Assembly: GCA_019456345.1 (NCBI GenBank)
Contig: VRUB01000003.1
Location: 1-46,446, forward strand
Origin: Nitrospira sp.
Lineage (GTDB): Bacteria; Pseudomonadota; Gammaproteobacteria; Acidiferrobacterales; SPGG2
DNA length: 46,446 bases
Direction of reading: 5' to 3'
A program made the translations under genes and the position numbers. Below the pieces are notes generated by a model, which saw nothing but the letters and a program-made list of their open reading frames with translations, did not search any database and was not told where the DNA came from. Shown here one piece after another: positions 19,170 to 28,770 of the stretch (position 1 is its first letter; the number at the start of each line of letters is the position of its first letter).

Positions 19170-20246
19170 CTAGTAGGGGAATGGCCAGCGCCTGAGTTTC
19201 TCCTTGGCGATCTGCCACAGACGTGCAAAACCATGGGGCTCGACGATCAGAAAATAGATGATCAGCCCGCCGAAGATCATCACCTCCAGGTGCTTTTGCA
19301 GGTCGGTGGCCATGGTGATACCGAACATCTGCGGCGCGTTCGTGAGAAAAACCGGTACCAGAGTGATGAACGCGGCTCCCAGAAACGAGCCGAGGATGCT
19401 GCCCAGCCCCCCGATAATGACCATGAACAGTACCTGGAACGACACATCGATATTGAACGCCTCGGTCTCGGCGCTGCCGAGCCACAGAAACAGGGTCATT
19501 GCGCCTGCCACGCCACAGTAGAACGAGGAGATCGCGAAGGCCAGCAGCTTGGTCTGGAACGGACGAATCCCGATGATCTCGGCCGCGATATCCATGTCGC
19601 GGATGGCCATCCAGGACCGTCCGATGCGCCCGCGCACCAGGTTTTTAGCGGCCAGCGCGAAGACCGCCACGAGCGTGAGTGCCACCAGATAGCGCACAGC
19701 CGCGGTAGCCTCCGGGCCTGTCACCATGATGCCGGCCATCATACGGGGCGGCGCGGTGATGGTTCCGGATGGATTGTAGTTATAGAACCAGCCGACCTTG
19801 TTGAACAGCCAGCTCAGGAAGAACTGTGCCGCCAGCGTTGCCACCGCCAGGTAAAAACCTTTGATGCGCAGGCTCGGAATGCCGAAGACAACGCCCACGC
19901 CGGCGGCGATCAGACCTGATATCAGAAAGGCGGCGATCACATTCAACTCCGGAAACATCGTGACGAGCTTGTAGGTGGCATAGGCACCCACCGCCATGAA
20001 CGCGCCAGTGCCGAGGCTCAGCTGCCCCGCATAGCCGGTGAGCAGATTGAGCCCGATCGCTGCCATCGCGAACACCAGGAACGGAATGATCACGGCTTGC
20101 AACCAGTACTCGTTCGCAACAATAGGCACGACCAGGTAGGCGACCGCAAGAACCGCGAAGATGAACCAACGATCTTGCGCGATCGGGAATATCGCCTGAT
20201 CGGCGACATAGCTCGATTTGAACTGCCCGGATTCTCTGTAGAACAT
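19170..20246 (-). CDS. ABC transporter permease (LivM-like)
   Basis: GLNLLTGYAGQLSLG, GFYLAVATLA, IIGGLGSILG. Confidence 0.94.
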   Translation of the reverse strand: MFYRESGQFKSSYVADQAIFPIAQDRWFIFAVLAVAYLVVPIVANEYWLQAVIIPFLVFAMAAIGLNLLTGYAGQLSLGTGAFMAVGAYATYKLVTMFPELNVIAAFLISGLIAAGVGVVFGIPSLRIKGFYLAVATLAAQFFLSWLFNKVGWFYNYNPSGTITAPPRMMAGIMVTGPEATAAVRYLVALTLVAVFALAAKNLVRGRIGRSWMAIRDMDIAAEIIGIRPFQTKLLAFAISSFYCGVAGAMTLFLWLGSAETEAFNIDVSFQVLFMVIIGGLGSILGSFLGAAFITLVPVFLTNAPQMFGITMATDLQKHLEVMIFGGLIIYFLIVEPHGFARLWQIAKEKLRRWPFPY

Positions 20247-20250
20247 AGTT

Positions 20251-20389
20251 TCGTCAGTCGTTAGTCGCGAATCGTTACCCTAAGACTAAGGACTTAGGGG
20301 CTGAGGACTGAGTATTGTAAGTTGCGTGTCTCGACGTGGTTTCCCTACGTCCTGAGATCTCAGTCCCAGTCCTGATAACCAGTTACCAA
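20251..20389. repeat. Mixed heptamer arrays including an inverted GGAC/GTCC pair
   Basis: TCGTCAG-TCGTTAG-TCGCGAA-TCGTTAC (20251-20278); TRAGGAC-type 20280-20315; inverted GTCCTGA-type 20349-20375. Confidence 0.75.
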
Positions 20390-21325
20390 TTACACCCTTT
20401 CAATGATTCTTTCTCCAAACAATCCCTGCGGTCGGAACAACAGGAACGCCAGCGCCAGCATGTATGCAAACCAGTTCTCGATGGCGCCACCGACCAGCGG
20501 GCCCCAGTAGATTTCTGCAACCTTTTCGCCCACGCCAATGATCAGTCCGCCGACGATGGCTCCCGGGACCGATGTGAAGCCGCCGAGAATCAGCACCGGC
20601 AACGCCTTGAGCGCGATCAGTGACAACGAGAACTGCACTCCGCTCTTGGCGCCCCACATAATACCGGCCACCATCGCGACGATGCCTGCCACGGACCACA
20701 CGATAATCCAGATGGTTTTCAACGGGATGCCCACGGACAATGCCGCCTGATGATCATCAGCTACGGCGCGCAGCGCCCGACCCACTGATGTCTTGTGGAA
20801 AAATACCGCCAGCACGGTGACTAGCGCCGCCCCGATCGCGGCGGCATACAGGTCGAACTCGTTCAGCAATATGCCGCCCACCTCGAATGATTCGCTGGGG
20901 ATACCCACATCCAACATCTTCACATTGCTGCCCCACATCAACTCACCCAGCCCTTCGAGAAAGAACGTGAGTCCGATGGTCGCCATGAAGAGGATAATGT
21001 GCTCCTGATTAACCAGCGGTCTGAGCATCAAACGCTCAATGGCGATGGCAAGCGCGACCATAACGAGCATCGTCAGAATCAGGGCCAGCCACACCGGCAC
21101 ACCGTGCTCCATCAGACCGACCAGCGTCAATGCGGCGAACAGAACCATTGCTCCCTGGGCGAAATTGAACACGCCGGAGGCCTTGAATATCAACACGAAT
21201 CCCAGCGCGACCAGCGAGTACATCACACCGGTCAACACACCGCTGATGACGACCTCGGAGAAGAATACCGGGGAGGTCCACATATCCACGAACGGTGCAA
21301 CAACGATCGAGTATAAAATCTCCAT
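20390..21325 (-). CDS. ABC transporter permease (LivH-like)
   Basis: YSLVALGFVLIFKASGVFNFAQG, GRALRAVADD, ILGGFTS. Confidence 0.94.
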   Translation of the reverse strand: MEILYSIVVAPFVDMWTSPVFFSEVVISGVLTGVMYSLVALGFVLIFKASGVFNFAQGAMVLFAALTLVGLMEHGVPVWLALILTMLVMVALAIAIERLMLRPLVNQEHIILFMATIGLTFFLEGLGELMWGSNVKMLDVGIPSESFEVGGILLNEFDLYAAAIGAALVTVLAVFFHKTSVGRALRAVADDHQAALSVGIPLKTIWIIVWSVAGIVAMVAGIMWGAKSGVQFSLSLIALKALPVLILGGFTSVPGAIVGGLIIGVGEKVAEIYWGPLVGGAIENWFAYMLALAFLLFRPQGLFGERIIERV

Positions 21326-21365
21326 GGGCTTTTATGCCTGAGCTTAAGTCTATTGCTTACAAACC

Positions 21366-22157
21366 CTAATTGCGGGCCACACCCAGGTAGGCATCAATGA
21401 CCTCCTGGTTAGCGCGCACTTCATCCGGCGTGCCGTCGGCGATCTTACGCCCATAGTTCAACACCACCACTCGGTCCGATATATCCATGACAACGCTCAT
21501 GTCATGCTCGATGAGGACAATAGTGGTGCCGAACTCGTCGTTAACGTCGAGGATGAAGCGACACATGTCTTCTTTCTCCTCCGTGTTCATGCCGGCCATG
21601 GGTTCATCGAGCAACAACAGCTCGGGCTCGGCGGCGAGCGCGCGCCCGAGCTCGACCCGCTTTTGCAGGCCGTACGGCAACCGCCCCACCGGCGTCTTGC
21701 GAATGGCCTGGATCTCCAGGAAATCGATGATGCGCTCGACACTCTCGCGGTTCGCGATCTCTTCCCTGCGCGCGGGCCCCAGGTGCCACGCCTGCAGCAG
21801 GAAATTCTTGCGCATCTTGAGATTACGCCCAGTCATAATATTGTCGAGCGTGCTCATACCCTTGAACAGGGCGATGTTCTGGAATGTGCGCGCAATCCCC
21901 TGCGCCGCCGCCTCGTGCGTGCGCATCTGCTTGCGCGTCTTGCCCTTGTACGTAATGACCCCGTCCTGCGGGTGGTAAAAGCCGTTGACCACGTTGAGCA
22001 TGGAGCTCTTGCCGGCGCCGTTGGGGCCGATAATGGCCCGGATCTCGCGCTCGCGGACGTCGAAGCTGACATTCTCCAGCGCCCGCACACCTCCGAAGGA
22101 GAGGCTGATATCCTCCACGCTTAACAACACCCCCCCAAATTGTCTGCCATGTGCCAC
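21366..22157 (-). CDS. ABC transporter ATP-binding protein (LivG-like)
   Basis: GPNGAGKSS, ARTFQN, LPYGLQKRVE, LLDEPMAG, IEHDM. Confidence 0.95.
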   Translation of the reverse strand: MAHGRQFGGVLLSVEDISLSFGGVRALENVSFDVREREIRAIIGPNGAGKSSMLNVVNGFYHPQDGVITYKGKTRKQMRTHEAAAQGIARTFQNIALFKGMSTLDNIMTGRNLKMRKNFLLQAWHLGPARREEIANRESVERIIDFLEIQAIRKTPVGRLPYGLQKRVELGRALAAEPELLLLDEPMAGMNTEEKEDMCRFILDVNDEFGTTIVLIEHDMSVVMDISDRVVVLNYGRKIADGTPDEVRANQEVIDAYLGVARN

Positions 22158-22168
22158 TCCAAGCTCCG

Positions 22169-24157
22169 CTAGTTCACCGCGGCAACTGGCTGGACCGCAG
22201 GCACGTTGCGAAGCTCGAGGTCAGCGCTGACGGAACCCTTGCGCCCGTCCTCGAACGTTACTTCGGTCTTGATTTTGCAGCGCGCCTCGCCCGAGTAGAG
22301 CGCATCGACCAGCTTGTCGTACTTCTGTGCGACGAAGCTGCGGCGTACCTTGCGCGTGCGAGTCAGCTCGCCATCGTCTGCATCCAATTCTTTGTGCAAG
22401 ATCAAGAAACGCTTGATCTGAGAAGTTGCAAGCTGTGCGTCCTTGGCGAGATCGCGGTTGACTTGCTCGACACAGCCCTGGATCAACTCGTATACCTCCT
22501 TGCGCGCAGCAAGCTCCTGGTAACTGCCGTAGGGAATACTGCGCCGCTCCGCCCAGTTCGCTACCGCCTCTAAATCAATATTGAGCAACGCCGTCGTGTA
22601 ATCGCGGTCGCCACCAAATGCGACGGCCTCCTTGATATACGGAAAGAACTTGAGCTTATTCTCGAGGTATTTGGGCGCGAACATCGAGCCATCATTGAGC
22701 TTGCCGACATCTTTTGCCCTATCAATGATCTTGAGCTGGCCGTCGTCGTCGAAGAATCCGGCATCGCCGGTGTGGACCCAGCCATCCGGCGTCTTGGTCG
22801 CGGCCGTAGCTTCGCTGTCCTTGTAATACTCCTGAAAGACGCCTGGGCTGCGGTACAACACCTCGCCGTTGTCGGCAATCTTGATCTCTACCTCTGGGGC
22901 CGGAGTGCCCACGGTGTCGAGCTTGACCTGCGCATCTGGCTGCATCGTGACAAACACGGACGCTTCCGTCTGGCCGTAGAGTTGCTTCACGTTGATCCCG
23001 AGCGATCTATAGAAATCGAAGATGTCCGGGCCGATTGCCTCGCCCGCCGTGTACGCCAGGCGTATACGAGAGAAACCTAAGGTATTGCGCAGCGGCGCGT
23101 ACACAAACACGTTGCCAAGCGCATAAAGCAATCGGTCTTTGAGGGGTACCGTTTTGCCATCGAGGATGGGCGCGCCGCTGCGCCGCGCCACCGTCATGAA
23201 GTAGTGAAACAGCTTACGTTTCAGCCAGCCAGCATCCTCCATCCGGATCATCACGGTCGTGAGAATGTTTTCGTAGATGCGCGGCGGCGCAAAGAAAAAG
23301 GTCGGCCCCACCTCGCACAGATCCATCAACACGGTCGCGCTGCTCTCGGGGCAGCTGATACAGAACCCGCCCACGTAAGACTCACCGTATGAATATACAT
23401 GGTCGCCAACCCACGCCATGGGTAGATACGCCAGCACCTCGTCATCTTCATGCAGATTGTCGAACTTGATGCCGTTGCGCGCCGAGATGATGACGTTGTC
23501 GTGCGTCAGAATGACGCCTTTGGGATTACCGGTCGTGCCTGAGGTGTACAAGATAACCGAGACATCGTCTCCCCGGCCGGTATCGACCTGATCCATGAAA
23601 AAGCCGGGGTTACTTGCGTCGAACTCACGTCCCAGCTTCTGAACTTCCTCGAAATCGTACAAATTCTCCTGCGTGTAGTTACGCAACCCGCGCGCATTAT
23701 CGTAGATAATCAGCTCCAGTTTCGGGCACCGATCCTTGATCTCCAACAGCTTGTCGACTTGCTCCTGGTCCTCGGCCAGCGCAAACCGCGCCTCCGCATG
23801 TTCCATCACAAACTGGAGCTCTTGCGCGACCGAGTCCTGATACATCGGCACCGGGATCCCGCCCAGGCACTGGGCGGCACACATGCCCCAGTACAGACGC
23901 GGGCGATTGTCGCCAATAATGGCAAGCTTATCCCCGCGTTTGAAACCTATGGCAGCCAGGCCGCACGCAAGCGCGCGCACCTCCTGCGCGACCTCGCGCC
24001 AGCTCCACGTCTGCCAGATGCCGTAGTCCTTCTCGCGGATGGCGGGTTTTGCGCCCAGGCGCTGTGCGCGATCCAGGAGCAGCCTCGGAAACGTGTCCAG
24101 TCCGCGCGTCGGCATGGCAGCCGGGCGGACCGCATGGCTTTTTAGCGAGTCGCTCAT
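22169..24157 (-). CDS. Long-chain-fatty-acid-CoA ligase family protein
   Basis: YTSGTTGNPKG, YGQTE, HTGDAG, IIDRAKD and ELTRTRKVRR motifs. Confidence 0.93.
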   Translation of the reverse strand: MSDSLKSHAVRPAAMPTRGLDTFPRLLLDRAQRLGAKPAIREKDYGIWQTWSWREVAQEVRALACGLAAIGFKRGDKLAIIGDNRPRLYWGMCAAQCLGGIPVPMYQDSVAQELQFVMEHAEARFALAEDQEQVDKLLEIKDRCPKLELIIYDNARGLRNYTQENLYDFEEVQKLGREFDASNPGFFMDQVDTGRGDDVSVILYTSGTTGNPKGVILTHDNVIISARNGIKFDNLHEDDEVLAYLPMAWVGDHVYSYGESYVGGFCISCPESSATVLMDLCEVGPTFFFAPPRIYENILTTVMIRMEDAGWLKRKLFHYFMTVARRSGAPILDGKTVPLKDRLLYALGNVFVYAPLRNTLGFSRIRLAYTAGEAIGPDIFDFYRSLGINVKQLYGQTEASVFVTMQPDAQVKLDTVGTPAPEVEIKIADNGEVLYRSPGVFQEYYKDSEATAATKTPDGWVHTGDAGFFDDDGQLKIIDRAKDVGKLNDGSMFAPKYLENKLKFFPYIKEAVAFGGDRDYTTALLNIDLEAVANWAERRSIPYGSYQELAARKEVYELIQGCVEQVNRDLAKDAQLATSQIKRFLILHKELDADDGELTRTRKVRRSFVAQKYDKLVDALYSGEARCKIKTEVTFEDGRKGSVSADLELRNVPAVQPVAAVN

Positions 24158-24328
24158 GTCATTGCACCTTTAAAGACGGCCGAATCGACCAAGCATTCAG
24201 ACGGCAGTACACAAACGTTGCAATCTTCCCGATTTAGGATGACTTTGCAATAGCTACACGGCGTTTTTTGACGGTCACCGCGCCGTGGCATGCCCGCATG
24301 AACTCCAGTGGGCCCCTACATCAACGGA

Positions 24329-24375
24329 TTGACTGCACCCACCTCATCGTGTTAAAACAAACAGTCGTTTGTTTT
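24329..24375 (+). promoter_or_regulatory. Putative sigma70 promoter overlapped by a TetR operator palindrome
   Basis: TTGACT (24329-24334), 18-nt spacer, TAAAAC (24353-24358); perfect IR AAAACAAAC-agtc-GTTTGTTTT (24354-24375) 10 nt upstream of tetR. Confidence 0.6.
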
Positions 24376-24385
24376 CTATATTGCT

Positions 24386-24979
24386 ATGGCAGCTCATTCC
24401 ACCACCCCCGCGCCGCGCCAGGACAACCGGCGACAGCAACTGCTCGACACGGCCGCGCGCTTGTTTCGTCAACACGGTTATCACGCCACCTCCATGCGCG
24501 ACATCGCGAGCGCCGTAGGCATGTTGCCTGGCTCTATTTACTACCATTTCGCCTCGAAAGACGAGCTACTGGTCACGGTCTATCGCGAAGGCGTGTCGCG
24601 CATAGCCGAACGCCTCGATGCCGCCGTGGCGGGCAAAAAAGAGCCGTGGCAGCAACTGGAGGCGGCCTGCATCGCTCATCTGCAAACCGTGCTTGACCAC
24701 AGCGACTACGCGCAGGTCGTCATCCGGGTCCTGCCTGATGACGCCCCTGCGGTAAGGGTACGACTCGCGGCCTTGCGCGACCAGTACGAAGAGCGCTTCA
24801 AAGACCTGGTGGCGGCCCTCGATTTACCCGCTTACGTCGACCGGCATTACCTGCGCTTGCTGCTGCTCGGGGCGCTGAACTGGTCGCAGGTGTGGTACCG
24901 GCGCGGTGGCGACTCGCCGCGCACCATCGCGAAACGTTTCCTGCAAGTACTGCACGGAATTCAAGCGCAGCAGCGATGA
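24386..24979 (+). CDS. TetR/AcrR family transcriptional regulator
   Basis: N-terminal HTH (LFRQHGYHATSMRDIA..GSIYYHFASKDELL) and a KstR2-like C-terminal domain. Confidence 0.95.
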   Translation: MAAHSTTPAPRQDNRRQQLLDTAARLFRQHGYHATSMRDIASAVGMLPGSIYYHFASKDELLVTVYREGVSRIAERLDAAVAGKKEPWQQLEAACIAHLQTVLDHSDYAQVVIRVLPDDAPAVRVRLAALRDQYEERFKDLVAALDLPAYVDRHYLRLLLLGALNWSQVWYRRGGDSPRTIAKRFLQVLHGIQAQQR

Positions 24980-25419
24980 GCATGAACCACCCGTTCGATG
25001 CCGATGAGCGCCCGCCCAAGGTCCTGGTCACCAAGATTGGTCTGGACGGTCATGATCGTGGGAGCCGCATTATCGCGGCGTACCTGCGCGACGCGGGCAT
25101 GGAAGTCGTCTACACCGGCCCGTGGCAAGAGATTCCCGCCGTGGTCGAGCTGGCGATACAGGAGGATCTTGATGTGATCGGCGTCAGCTCGCTCGCAACC
25201 GATCACCTGCTGGTGCCGAAGCTGATGGCGGCCCTGCGCGATGCCGGCCTGGCACATATCAAGGTGGTCGTCGGCGGCATTGTGCCCGATGAGGACGAAG
25301 CCTCGCTGCTGGCCGCGGGGATAAGCAAGATATTTCACCCCGGTAGCCCGCGCGAAGAAATCGTATCCGAGATATCTCGCTTGAGCGCCGATGCACGCGC
25401 CGCATCAGGGACAACATGA
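24976..25419 (+). CDS. Acyl-CoA mutase small (cobalamin-binding) subunit
   Basis: [10 protein letters not shown] (DxHxxG), [13 protein letters not shown]; ATGA overlap with tetR. Confidence 0.93.
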   Translation: MSMNHPFDADERPPKVLVTKIGLDGHDRGSRIIAAYLRDAGMEVVYTGPWQEIPAVVELAIQEDLDVIGVSSLATDHLLVPKLMAALRDAGLAHIKVVVGGIVPDEDEASLLAAGISKIFHPGSPREEIVSEISRLSADARAASGTT

Positions 25420-27113
25420 AGGAGAACATGATGAACCAGCAACCGATGCAGCTAGCGCTGCCCGGGTTTGAGCGGGCCCACGCAACGTGGCGACAACAAT
25501 ATGCCGCACAGATTGGCGATCGCGACAGAATCTACAACCGTTCCGGCATTGATATTAAGCCGCTGTACACGCCTGACGACTGGGATAGCCATCGCTATGT
25601 GGAGGACCTGGGGTTTCCCGGCCAGGCGCCGATGACCCGCGGCATTTATGCAACCATGCATCGCGGCCGCCCCTGGAGCCAGCGCCAGCTGGTCGGTCTC
25701 GGGGTACCGGAAGACTATAACGCTCGCCTGAAAGGTATGCTTGCCGCCGGTGCCTCGGCCATCAGCCTGATTCCTTGTAACTCGGTCTATCGCGGCGTGG
25801 ACATAGACGAAGTGGATCCGCTGATCTTAGGTACCTGTGGCACCATCGTGAATTCGGTCCAGGATATGGACATCTGTTTGCGCGATATTCCGATCGATAA
25901 GATCTCCACAGCACTCAACGATCCGCTTCCGTTTACCCTGCTCGCCTTCCTGCTTGCTGTCGCCAAACGCCGTGGAATCCCCTGGTCCAGGATCACCGGT
26001 ACCTCCAATCAGAGCGATTACATATCCCACTTTGTCGCCAATCACATGTTTTTCCGCATCGCGCTGGCCGGATCACGGCGCATTCTGGTCGACCATCTCC
26101 AGTTCACCAACAAGCATGTGCCAAACTGGAATCCGGTGTCGGTCGTGGGCCAGCATATGCAGCAAGCGGGCGCCACACCCGCTCAGGCCATGGCATTTAC
26201 GCTATGCACGGCGATTCAGTACGCGGAGGACTGCATGGCGCGCGGCATGGCGCCTGACAGCTTCTTGCCGCGTTTCACATTTTTCTTCGACCTATCGATA
26301 AGCTTCTTCGAAGAAATCGCGAAGTTACGGGCGGGGCGACGCGTGTGGTCACGGCTCACGCGCGACCGCTTGGGCGCCACGGACTCGCGTTCCTGGCATT
26401 TCAAGTTCCACGCACAGACATCAGGCGTTGACCTCACGCGGCAACAGCCCCTGAATAATATTACTCGCGTCACCGTGCAGGCGATGGCGGGTTTGCTCGG
26501 GGGGCTGCAGTCCTTGCACACGGACGCCTACGATGAGGTGTTCAGCACGCCGGTTGCCGAGGCCGCTCGTGTGGCGGTGAGCACACAGAACATCCTGCGC
26601 GACGAGGCGCGCCTTGCCGACGTCATCGACCCGTTGGGTGGCTCTTATTATATGGAGACGCTGACCAACCAGATGGAACAAGAGATCGAGAAGATTATCG
26701 TCCAAATCGATGATACCGGCGGTATGTACAGTGCCGTCGAAAGCGGGCTCGTGCAGAACATGATCGGTGCATCCGCACTGGCCTTCCAGGAACGAGTAGA
26801 ACGCGGGGAACAGAAAATCGTGGGCGTCAATGCCTTTCAGGCCGACGAGGACTCCGCGCGACACGCGCCGCTTGAGCGACCCGAACCAGCCGCGATTGAA
26901 GCGCAGCTCGCGCGTCTCAAAGCCTTCAAAGCCGCGCGCGATCGCGCAAGCGTACACGCGGCGCTGGATGCGCTGGTGGCGGCCGCCAACAGCGAAAATC
27001 AAAACGTTTTCAAGCATGTGGTGGATGCCGCCGCGGCGGGAGCAACCCATGGCGAGATCATCGGGGTGCTGCGGCGCGAGCTGGGCTTCGGTGAGCCGCT
27101 GGTTATAGTGTGA
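25416..27113 (+). CDS. B12-dependent acyl-CoA mutase large subunit, pivalyl-CoA-mutase-like
   Basis: [28 protein letters not shown] and DPLGGSYY motifs; specificity positions Leu (RQL) and Asn (HFVAN). Confidence 0.9.
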   Translation: MKENMMNQQPMQLALPGFERAHATWRQQYAAQIGDRDRIYNRSGIDIKPLYTPDDWDSHRYVEDLGFPGQAPMTRGIYATMHRGRPWSQRQLVGLGVPEDYNARLKGMLAAGASAISLIPCNSVYRGVDIDEVDPLILGTCGTIVNSVQDMDICLRDIPIDKISTALNDPLPFTLLAFLLAVAKRRGIPWSRITGTSNQSDYISHFVANHMFFRIALAGSRRILVDHLQFTNKHVPNWNPVSVVGQHMQQAGATPAQAMAFTLCTAIQYAEDCMARGMAPDSFLPRFTFFFDLSISFFEEIAKLRAGRRVWSRLTRDRLGATDSRSWHFKFHAQTSGVDLTRQQPLNNITRVTVQAMAGLLGGLQSLHTDAYDEVFSTPVAEAARVAVSTQNILRDEARLADVIDPLGGSYYMETLTNQMEQEIEKIIVQIDDTGGMYSAVESGLVQNMIGASALAFQERVERGEQKIVGVNAFQADEDSARHAPLERPEPAAIEAQLARLKAFKAARDRASVHAALDALVAAANSENQNVFKHVVDAAAAGATHGEIIGVLRRELGFGEPLVIV

Positions 27114-27172
27114 TCGTCATGCTACCTAGAACAGAGAAGGTTCTTTCGGATTTAAGTTGCAACCCGTCAATG

Positions 27173-27205
27173 GTAGGGTGGATTCGGCTGCGCTCATTCC
27201 ACCCT
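27173..27205 (+). repeat. GTAG-type REP-like palindrome
   Basis: GTAG followed by stem AGGGTGGA/TCCACCCT. Confidence 0.5.
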
Positions 27206-27228
27206 CCGTCTTGCCCCTCACCGTTACC

Positions 27229-27464
27229 AACGAGGCAGGTGTGCTGCCAACGCGTCGTTGGTGACGCGCGGAACAAGGGTGAGCCGGAAACAGGCGACGA
27301 TCCAGTGAATCGTCGCCCCGGCGAACGCCCGAGCCAGGAGGGCTCGGGCCGGTACCCAAGCGGAGCACGGACCGCGAAGCGCAGGGATGGAACGCGACAC
27401 CATCGATTCGAGCGGAACAGGGACGTGGAGCGAAATTAAGCGGCGGTAGCACACCTGCCTCGTT
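27229..27464. mobile_element. 236-bp MITE-like or structured element with terminal inverted repeats
   Basis: AACGAGGCAGGTGTGCT (27229-27245) / AGCACACCTGCCTCGTT (27448-27464) perfect 17-bp IR; internal hairpins GGCGACGAT/ATCGTCGCC and GCCCGAGCC/GGCTCGGGC. Confidence 0.6.
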
Positions 27465-27529
27465 CTGATCCTCTATAGGGGTATTCTTCGACACGTATTT
27501 TGTTAACGTATTAATAATATCGACCAGTC

Positions 27530-27955
27530 TCAGACAGGCAAATTCCGTTTCACCCGCTCGCACACATCCTTTACGGCATCCATATCGCCAGGATGCAGAC
27601 CCCAATTGAGCTTCACCTCATCGCCCACGCGGCGCGGCAGAATGTGCATGTGAAAATGCTGCACGGATTGGGCGGCGCCCTTTCCATTCGCCTGCACCAA
27701 GTTTATTCCATCCGGGTTCAGGGTCTGGTTCACGACTCGGGCTATCTTTTGTACTGTCTGTACGGTTGCCGCTAGCAGCTCCGGCGAAATGGCATAAACA
27801 TCTTCCCAATGTTCTTTTGGAATGACCAGCGTGTGACCCTCGTTCGCAGGGTTGATGTCCATGAATGCGATGGTCTGGTCATCCTCGTACAATTTGAAAC
27901 ACGGGACATCCCCCGTGACAATCTTGCAAAAGATACACTCCGAGTCAGTACGCAT
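27530..27955 (-). CDS. HIT family nucleotide hydrolase
   Basis: CIFCKI, FMDINP, GHTLVIPKEH and HFHMHILPR histidine triad; GGAG RBS. Confidence 0.95.
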   Translation of the reverse strand: MRTDSECIFCKIVTGDVPCFKLYEDDQTIAFMDINPANEGHTLVIPKEHWEDVYAISPELLAATVQTVQKIARVVNQTLNPDGINLVQANGKGAAQSVQHFHMHILPRRVGDEVKLNWGLHPGDMDAVKDVCERVKRNLPV

Positions 27956-27968
27956 AATGTCTCCGTAG

Positions 27969-28074
27969 TTTGTAATTGGTGACTCGTGATCGGTCAACCG
28001 TGAGTCGTGACCAGCAGCGCCTGCACTGATCATAAGAGATCTCCACCTACCAGTCACCAGTCACGAATCACTGC
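27969..28074. repeat. Inverted pair of nnnGTGA / TCACnnn heptamer arrays
   Basis: Six units 27969-28010 and four inverted units 28047-28074; the second array includes the stop codon of the adjacent gene. Confidence 0.75.
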
Positions 28075-28759
28075 CTACCGCCTTTCTCGCATTCCGCAAG
28101 AACGCCTCCATATGAAATCGCATTTGCCCGGGGGAGTACATGTATGTACGGCCGATCGGGCAGGCGCGCCGCGCCAGACAGCCTTGCTGCAGACAGTCGG
28201 CACCTGCCTGGCGCCCAATGTGGTCGCGGCATGTCTTCACGTCGTAGCGACCCGGCGACAACGCTGCCACCGGACAGGCAGTCAAACACGGCCGGCTCGC
28301 ACAGCTTTCACACGGACTGGGGTGTGCAGCGACTTGCGGGAATTCAATCGATCGGGCAAAAGCGAGTGCCCCGCGATACGCGTGCCACAAGCCGTAGTCT
28401 GGATGGATCAAGGGTCCGATCGGTGAGGGCATGACCGGCTCGGCGCGCTGGGCCCAGCGTTGAAACGGGAGATACGGCGGCCCATCAAACGGAAACAACG
28501 CATGCGCGTCGCACGTACGCGCGAGCACCGTCAGCACCTTGCGCGTCCAGGCATCCAACGAAAGCGTTGTCCCAGACTGCCGGCGAGCACGCTGGAATGC
28601 GTGCCACATCGAATCGCCGGCGTTGCCGACAAGAACTACGGTGGCAACCGTGCCACCGTCCGGCATTGACAGCACCGCGTCCGCCGGCGTGGGGTAAAAT
28701 GCGCCGCGGGTTGTGAATCCCGCGGAGCGTACGGCCGACTCAACGTGGGCGAGGTTCAT
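28061..28759 (-). CDS. QueG/CblC-like putative cobalamin-binding 4Fe-4S protein
   Basis: PFQRWA, IHPDYGLWHAYRGAL, CESCASRPCLTACP and GCLARRACP motifs; ATG at 28759. Confidence 0.7.
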   Translation of the reverse strand: MNLAHVESAVRSAGFTTRGAFYPTPADAVLSMPDGGTVATVVLVGNAGDSMWHAFQRARRQSGTTLSLDAWTRKVLTVLARTCDAHALFPFDGPPYLPFQRWAQRAEPVMPSPIGPLIHPDYGLWHAYRGALAFARSIEFPQVAAHPSPCESCASRPCLTACPVAALSPGRYDVKTCRDHIGRQAGADCLQQGCLARRACPIGRTYMYSPGQMRFHMEAFLRNARKAVGSDS

Positions 28760-28770
28760 CGGGCGCAATG

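Noticed and set aside
25416-27113. Canonical methylmalonyl-CoA mutase
   Set aside because: Lacks the Tyr/Arg carboxylate-binding pair; no epimerase or meaB nearby
27110-27605. ORFs of 109 and 159 aa after the mutase
   Set aside because: They cross the inverted-repeat element, have atypical composition and show no domain
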